Below, piece by piece: positions 53,333-64,000 of a stretch of DNA of 64,000 nt. This DNA comes from Eledone cirrhosa (lineage: Eukaryota): contig OZ024742.1 in the NCBI GenBank assembly GCA_964016885.1, positions 267,344,001 to 267,408,000 of the forward strand. The letters are read 5' to 3'. A program made the translations under genes and the position numbers. How positions within the stretch are numbered: position 1 is the first letter of the stretch; every line of letters begins with the position of its first letter. The notes under the pieces were generated by a model. The model saw nothing but the letters and a program-made list of their open reading frames with translations. It made no database searches and was not told the origin of the DNA.

Positions 53333-54680
53333 ATATAGAATTCACAAGTATATAAGCTATGTTCAACGCATTTATTCACTTACAATTGTTTCATCCAAAC
53401 CTAGGCTTGGAAGTCTTCGGAGCATTTTTCAATGTTTTTACACATAATTGACCCCCTTTCCAACTCAATAGACATACAGATACATATATATATATATATT
53501 GATGTACAGTGGGTGACATATATTATACTATATAATTTTTGTATAGCAATTCAAATTCTAGATCAAAATCAAAATTACAATTAAAACAAAATTAAAACAA
53601 AATTAACATACATTCGGCAGTTAACACAGATAATGCAAGAGGATAGTTTGTTAGTCAGATGTAGTAGTTAGTGTATGCGTTCGTTACCCCTTTGGGCATG
53701 CAAGTGTGTCTCATTTATATATGATTATTGTGTGGCAGGATGTTACATGTAATACAAGCACTTTAAGCGGGTAAGTAAGAGTATTATGGTGTAAGGTATT
53801 TTTTGTATATAATAAAAAAGTATGTGTGCAGAAAAATAAAAATAAAAAGGAGAAGCAAAAGAAAGTTATGGTTTTCGTATCCACCACCATTTTCACATTC
53901 AGAAAAAGTAATTCATAGTTTTTACTTCCATCACATACGTAACGATGATTCCATATTGGATGTTTGATGCATTAAATTAAATTATTTTAGCTTATTGCGG
54001 CTCAGTGTTATTTAATCAAATAATTTAATTTAATGCATCAAACATCCAATATGGAATCATCGTTACTTATGTGATGGATCTAAAAACTATTTCTTACTTT
54101 TTCTGATTGTGAAAATGATGGTGGATACGAAAACCATAACTTTCTTTTGCTTCTCCTTTTCATTTTTATTTTTCGGCACATATACTTTTTTATTATATAC
54201 AAAAAATACCTTACCACTACAACCAACATAATACTCTTACTTACTCGCTTAAAGTGCTTGTATTACATGTAACACCCTGTCACACAATAATCATATATAA
54301 ATGAGACACACTTGCATACCCCAAGTGTAACTAACGCATACACTAACTACTACATGTGACTAACAAACTATCCTCTTGCATTATCTGTGTTAACTGCCGA
54401 ATGTATTTTAATTTTGTTTTAATTTTGTTTTAATTTTAATTTTGATTTTAATCTTGAATTTGAATTGCTATACAAAAATAATATAGTATAATATATGTCA
54501 CCCACTGTACATCCATATATATATATATGTATCTGTATGTCTCTTGAGTTGGAAAGGGGGTCAATTATGTGTACAAACATTGAAAACTGCTCCGAAGAAC
54601 CCCAAGCCTAGGTTTGGATGAAACATTTGTATGTGAATAAATGCTTTGAACATAGCTTTGATTTTTGTGAATTCTATATA
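53333..54680. repeat. About 1.35 kb non-coding palindrome (arms about 655 bp, spacer about 30 bp)
   Basis: gaattcacaa...tgatgcattaaattaaattattt versus aaataatttaatttaatgcatca...ttgtgaattc; hammerhead-like motif in each arm. Confidence 0.93.
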
Positions 54681-54838
54681 ACTGCTCTGTAGAACAACTG
54701 ATGTTATTACATTGAGCTATTTGTCTTACTGGTTATAGGGTAGTAATAAATTACTGACCTTCACTGTTTAGGGTTTAAAATATACATAACTATAAAAAGT
54801 TTTAGTATATACATAACCATTAAATAGTATCCTTAATG

Positions 54839-54874
<36 letters not shown>

Positions 54875-54885
54875 ACACACACACA

Positions 54886-54971
<86 letters not shown>

Positions 54972-55049
54972 AGAGTTATTTCTTACTAATATACTGAAAA
55001 TCTCAATAAATGATAGTTGAAAATACCAGTTAGTGAGTTATATACATAG

Positions 55050-55332
55050 AGAGAGTAACTTTTACAAAGTTAGCTATGGGAGATTCCTAGGAGAGCAGTC
55101 TAAAATAAACTTGATCTACCCTTAATCCCGCCATTACTGCACTTTCGTCTGATAACAAAATATGGATATTGAAGATCTTCATATTCGTCAGATGGCTTCT
55201 TTGAAAGTGTAAATAAATATTCATGTTACTGAATGAAAGACCGTCCATTGCTGTTCTCACATGCAGTAGATCAAGCAAACAATTGTATAATTGTATGCAG
55301 GACAAAGACGAATATAAATACCGTTAGACATA

Positions 55333-55388
<56 letters not shown>

Positions 55389-55505
55389 AACGTCAGTAAA
55401 CTCAACAATAGAGGAGTAGTAAAGCGATTAACGGCAGAGCAGGCCTAATTTAGACTGCTCTGCTAGGAATCTCCATTGACTAACTTCATTAAAGTTATTC
55501 TCTCT
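55050..55505. repeat. Short-arm inverted repeat
   Basis: gagagtaacttt..ggagattcctag.agagcagtctaaa versus tttagactgctct.ctaggaatctcc..aaagttattctc. Confidence 0.7.
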
Positions 55506-55553
55506 TTCTTTCTCCGCCATCCCCCCTCTCTCTCTCTCTCTCTCTCTATCTAT

Positions 55554-55625
<72 letters not shown>

Positions 55626-55628
<3 letters not shown>

Positions 55629-56368
55629 GCAGAGGTTGGTCGGGTATTAAATACCAGTTATGTATAGTATTCATGTCAATACTTCGGTGCTGCTTCGAAA
55701 ACTATACTTGTACAAATTCATTGGCTCTTTTCAAAAGGGTGTTCCTGCTCCCAGGAGTCCGCTACTCAATATGTGCCAATTCTGAATGTTTAAATTCATC
55801 TGTAGAACATACGAAAACTATGTGTCAAGTTTGGTGAAAATCGGTTGCGAACTCCAGAGGTTATGACGTTTTGTTTCATTGCACTGCAGTGCTTCAGTCG
55901 ACTCAAGGAAGCGGTTAAGGGCGGGTCCCTCCCCCAGTAACCTATGTCTTAAATACAACACTGCTCGTAGTTTTCTAACGCTCTTGCAGTAGCTTTACGT
56001 TCAGCATCGTGCGATCGTCTAATTGCAGCCTCCACTGACGATTCATTTGCTTTTCTTCTTTTCCCTCTATCAGCTTTCGTCCAATGGCGGATCTCTTCCA
56101 TGGAGCCATTATCTAAGGAAAGAGGACGTAACACACTCAGATGAGAAAATCGTTAACCCACAATTATTTAAGTTTTGCACATATGACGTAATTGTCACGG
56201 TGATTCAGAGACAGCGTTCGTCCACCTAGGGGCCGAATTAGACAAACACTTGAAAATTTTATGACTCCACAACATTTCTGGGAACATGTTCGTTACAAAG
56301 TTGAAGAAAATTGGTTGTAAATGACTAGAAGTTATGTGGGTACTGACATACACACACACAGATCCTCA

Positions 56369-56395
<27 letters not shown>
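55626..56395 (-). mobile_element. Probable non-autonomous Helitron
   Basis: Minus-strand 5' end (TA)nAAAACTGAGGATCTGTGTGTG..caaccaattttcttcaacttt, typical of Helitron 5' ends; RRKANES.VEAAIRRSHDAERKATARALE resembles the Helitron N-terminus; 3' ggtatt-t-aatacc hairpin plus acctctgcta(c). Confidence 0.5.
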
Positions 56396-59040
<2,645 letters not shown>

Positions 59041-59073
59041 TCTATATATAAATAGATAGATATATAGATAGAT

Positions 59074-59575
59074 TTCTATTTATTGCCACTATGGCGCAAA
59101 AGAAGGGGACAGATACAAGGGGGTAGTTTATACAAAAAGGCGAGTAAAGAAAACAAATAACAAATATAAAATTAACAATAAAGTCCTTAATAGGGAGGGG
59201 CTTTTGAGGGGTCGCACACCCCCCCGAAAAAAGTGTGCAACCCCTTCTCCTCGGGAGAACAGAGAGAGGGTGCTCCCTCGTTCTTTCCTCTTTTCCACCT
59301 ACAGGCTGATGTAGAGAGAAGGCCCATCCACACGGCCCATTCTCGCCACTTTCACCCACCTTTCATAAAAACGACTGGGGTTAAGCATCTCTCTCTCCAT
59401 CCTGATCCTTCTTCCGAAATGATATCGGAAGAAACGGATCAGTTGTTGGCCAGAGAGAAAGGTGCCTGACCTGAGTCCTTTCAGACGCGTCCACCATACA
59501 ACCTCTTTCACCATGGCTATTACGCACAGAAACACCGCCTCTCCTTCATTTTTGAAGTGGGGAGGCGACTTGATG
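59074..59575 (-). mobile_element. 5'-truncated Tx1 family A copy with ATCT tail
   Basis: KNEGEAVFLCVIAMVKEVVWWTRLKGLRS..YISL plus 3' UTR; followed on the minus strand by atctatctatatatctatct (59053-59073). Confidence 0.92.
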
Positions 59576-59749
59576 TGAGTTTGTGTGTCTGTGCGTGCGG
59601 ATATTGTAACTTCCCCGGATACACACAACCCGCACACACACACGCAATCACAGTACATCTTGGGTGAAAGAGAGAGAGAGAAAGAGACGTATGATTGAAG
59701 AAGGAGGAGTTAAACACTCCCTTAATCCACTTCACTCTCTTTCTCTCTG

Positions 59750-60043
59750 AACCCCTCTCTCTTTTTTCTAATACGCTAATTCTCTCTTTCTCTCTCTCTC
59801 ACTTCCTCTCTCTCTTTCTCTACAGAATGGTGAACAATCAACAACGCGCATTGTCGTCTGTGTATATATATATATATACACTATATAAATGTTAATTTCT
59901 GTGTATTTCATAAAGAAATTTCAAACAAAGCAGACGACAATGCGCGTTGTTGATTGTTCACCATTCTGTAGAGAAAGAGAGAGAGGAAGTGAGAGAGAGA
60001 GAGAAAGAGAGAATTAGCGTATTAGAAAAAAGAGAGAGGGGTT
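59750..60043. repeat. Near-perfect inverted repeat, about 110 bp arms
   Basis: acccctctct...gcgcattgtcgtctg versus cagacgacaatgcgc...agagaggggt. Confidence 0.92.
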
Positions 60044-60180
60044 ATATATATATAAACTTAGGGTTATTTTTGTCCGACCTACATGCTGTTGTCTTTGAAA
60101 CTATTTGGCTGTTTTAACAGCTGTTCCTTGCATTCGAGTTTTGAAATTGTTCCTATGAATATATATATATATATATATAT

Positions 60181-63100
60181 GATGGTTGTCCACTCGCCAG
60201 ACGAGAACGGCCATTGCTGACAGATTGACTCACAACTGATTGTTTCAATGATTGTGAGATCGGTAATGACTTTGAAGCCGGCGAGAGACTTACGGAATTT
60301 GTCACAAAGTCTAGGCACTAAGTTTGAATCTATATTTACAGACTGATTGTTGTGAGTTCAGAACGGCTTTTGCAGATTTTTGCACATCACACGTAAGAGG
60401 GTCTGCAATAATTCCATTGGCATACTCTGTTGGTGGGTTGTCTACATGACTCCTAATCTGGCGTTGGAGCCCTGCATTTTACAGTCATATTCGTCCACAC
60501 ATTGAAAACAAACTGAGGAACCACTGGGCCTACATTCTCTCCCTTGCGAGAATCTTTTTGGGTCTTTGTTCAGCTTATTTTCTTTGCCTGGATTAATCGA
60601 CATGATTCACATATTCTTCTTCACTAGTTTCTGTCGCCAGCCTCCAATTCTCATTGATGAAGACAGATATCAAGTTGCAACGACAAATCTTTCACACAGT
60701 CCTTGAAACGCTTCTTGGGTTTTTTTCTAAGGGCTTTTTCTTTCAAACAGCTCTCCGTAAATTACCTGCTTGGCGATACGGCTATCGTTCAGTCGTATCA
60801 GATGTTCTCTCCAGCGAAGGCGTTGCCGGTGCATAAAAGCTTCTATAATTAGTGTATCAGCTTGTTCCATTGCCTCTGTGCTTAGAACATGCGAGGACCA
60901 ATGGATTCCCACTATTGATCTCATGCAGCGTAGGTGGAAGCGCTCCAATACTTCTACGTGTTCCCTGTAACCTACCCAGGTCTCACAAGAATAAAGAAGG
61001 CATGTAAGAATACACGCATTATAAACATCTCTTTTTCAATCCACTCACGGTCTTAAAAAGCTGAAAAGGCGTTGGAGGCCTTCTTTCATCATCGAGGGAA
61101 CAGTGAATGTTTAACATACCACCGAGGTAATTAAATTTGTCAACAACATTCAGCTTCTTCCCATCGACGTAAATGGAGCATTTACATAGACTGTTCCTGG
61201 TGCTGGTTGAAAGATGTCCAAATGTTTTATTCAGACTGATTGTTAGACCTGATGTTAGGAATTACTGAGACAACCTGTTCATGAAACTCTGCATATCAGT
61301 GTCAGTGCATGAGACCATGTCACAGTCATCAACATAGAGGAAATCGCTAAAAAGAGTTAGAAAGACTTGATTTAGCGGCAAAGCGGCGTATGTTAAAAAG
61401 CTTGCCTATTCTGCGATATCACACATACACACCTTGTTTATAGTTCTTAAAGGCATCATTAAGAACAATAGAGAAGATGGAAAACAAAGGCGGTGCAAAC
61501 TGGTCTCCCTGCTAAACACCATTCTCTATGTTTATTGGTTCAGAAATAATGCCTCCAACATTGACAGAAGCTTCCATGTCATCGTTGAATGACCAACTTG
61601 ATGAAGTGTTGGGGACAGCCCAGCTTTCCCAAACCATCCCAGTCCGCTTCAGTATTGACAGTATCAAATATATCATTGATATAAGCACACTTTTCTTGGA
61701 TTTAGTGCGTTGTAAATACCATATCCATGGGTCCTCTATTTGTTGGAAATCCTCACTGCGATTCTGGTAGTACTCTGACGCAGATATAAGAGTTCAGTGT
61801 GGATAGGATTACACCAGACAAATTCTTTTCAGCTGTGCATAAAAGAGCTATGCTTCTGTAGCTCCCACAAAGTTCACGTTTGCCCTTGTACATAGGAATG
61901 ATTATAGCATCTCTCCATTCGTTTGGGACTTTTCCAGCCATCCGGACATCCGAAATACCACCATGTATAATGGCAGATAAGTGCTCTCCTCCGAACCGAA
62001 AGATTTCAGCACAGAGACCATCTTGACAAACTGCATTTACAAGATTAGCTTAACAACTAAAAAATGGAGTGTTTATTGCGTAGACTATGGGCTGCTGATC
62101 ATGAGTATCCAGAGCTGCAGCATATACATGATAATTTCTGTTCAGGTGTTCGGAAAAGTGTTCTCTGCATCCGCTGGCGATTTCGACCATAGTTGTGTAT
62201 AGGCAACTGCCATTGTTTGTCCTCATAGATGTGATTCTTGCAGCATGGAGGCCAAACGCTTGCTTTATTAAGTTTTATACCTCTTTGCTATTTTTATTAA
62301 TCACCAGCAGCCTGCATCTCTGTCCGGAGTGTGCACCGTGCATCAGACTTATTTTCCGTAAACTCATTCTTTAATTGTTTTCTTTGTACATCTGATAGAC
62401 TTTTCTGCAAGATATGTTATTGCTCTGTGTCTCGCCAGCAGGATGACTTGTGTATCTGCAGTGTGGAGTTCAGCAACATCAAGACGATTGGGAAGCTTGA
62501 CTGTTTTATGTGACCGAGCAGGAGACTTAATGAACAAACGGATCTTCGATCCAACAAAGGCATTTTCTGTCCAGCACTCTGCACCATGCAAGGAACGAAG
62601 ATTGCAAACATCTTCCATGGTCCTTTTACGGACGCTCATGGCAGGTGCCATTACTTAGACCTTGGATGCACCGATGTTGTCACGCGGTCGCATTTGTTTT
62701 CGAATTGTGTGCTGAAAATAAACAGCTTAAATTCGGTGTACAGTTCGAGCAGGAGTAAGCCGTTGTCATTTACCTGACCCACACTAATCGTACAAAGCAA
62801 CTCCATGTCTGCCAATCCTTGCCAACTGGCATTGAAGTAACCAAGAAGGATAATCTTGTCTGAATTGGGAATGGATCGCTGTAAATTTCGGATATATTCG
62901 TAAAACCTGTTCTTGTAATCCTCAGTATACTATTGGTGATATCACGGGGCAACTCACACGGATCTAAGACTTTTGTGTGACGGATTGCGAATAGAACACC
63001 AGCTTTTCTTCGATCTTCAAGCTTTCTACCTTTCCAGAAAAAGTTATAACCTCCAGGAGGTTCTTGGATTTGGCCCTCTTCAGCAAGCCGAGTCGCTGAG

Positions 63101-63500
63101 ATGGCAACTATATCGACAAAATATTTTTGGAGTTCTTTACATATCATGGAATTTCTTCATGCAGGTGAAGGTATCTCTGGATTGTCCTCCCATTCTAACA
63201 GAATATATTTAGTTTCATATTGAATCTTTTAGACATTTTGTTGTTTCGAACACATTGTGGACATCCAGCAGCCGCGCTAAACTAGCCAGAAGTATTAAAG
63301 AAGCAGGCAATGTTTGGGTCAACGTTTCTAAACCACTTCAGATTAACTGGTGGGCAGTGCCATCTTCAAAAGAACTGCTCAGTCAGCCTTGGAGTAAACC
63401 GAAAGTCATCTCTGCCATAAATCGATGAACTATCAACTTTGTATCTACCAAGGGCCGCTTGTATGCAGGTTGTCAGCTGCGTACCTCTAGCCCTTCAGAC
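60181..63500 (-). mobile_element. Near full-length decayed RTE LINE (APE, RT, C2H2-like tail)
   Basis: ELQKYFVDIVAISATRLAEEGQ..YNFFWKG; GAECWT; VPNEWRDAIIIPMYKGKR..YRSIALL..LPESQ; FLYVDDC; FNYLG; RLRW..H..R..DSRIAKQVIYGEL. Confidence 0.9.
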
Positions 63501-64000
63501 TTGTACGCGTCACCACCTTCATATCGCCACCGGATCTCAAAAGTTAAGATCACGAAATACTAAGTATCAAGAATCAGAAATGCCCGTCCAAGGAATTAAG
63601 TCGAATGTGGCTTGGATGAAACCACAACTCGCACTGACAATACCAAGAAGCCTAGAGACAAGCAAGTTGTAAGGGATGCCTTGAAAAAGACCAGCCGTTC
63701 CTCACTTTCAGTGGGATTAGAGCCATCTCGGACACCAAGCCGAGTAATTTCAATGATCCAGCACATATAGGTAGATTAAAAAATAATAGTAATAATAAAT
63801 ATTAACTGGCGTTTGTACATAGATTAAAACGTAAAAAGGTGTAATAGGTTTAAAGTTTAAGGTATATGTAAAACTATAAAATATATTAAAATATAAAAGA
63901 TTAAGATCTAAAAAAATAACACTCTCACAATTCACACATTCACATAGCCACACAATATATACATATGCACACAATATTGGAAGGCCGTTGAATCTCATGA

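Noticed and set aside
55135-55215. Imperfect hairpin with CTGACGA on the minus strand (pre-miRNA or ribozyme)
   Set aside because: GAAA is not adjacent to the stem closing CTGACGA, and there is no evidence of processing

Overview
Repeat-saturated, AT-rich eukaryotic (animal) DNA; the SINE set suggests an octopod cephalopod, but that is inference. I found no host protein-coding gene. The window is a nest of decayed mobile elements separated by (TA)n/(CA)n microsatellites. These include at least 8 Penelope-like retroelement (PLE) copies or fragments, mostly Naiad-like (RT with YRDD motif plus C-terminal GIY-YIG), with inverted pseudo-LTRs and hammerhead-ribozyme motifs. Also present are several RTE LINEs, a CRE-type restriction-like endonuclease remnant, Helitron derivatives, a mariner remnant and tRNA-derived SINEs. 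The most striking system is a tandem cluster (19.8-30.3 kb) of two diverged Tx1/L1-type retrotransposon families, plus truncated copies, that all abut (TATC)n microsatellite. Both full-length copies share a 5'-UTR architecture: a 67-69 nt GT-AG intron-like segment followed by two hairpins whose position is conserved while the long stem's sequence is not. Boundaries were read by eye and are approximate.
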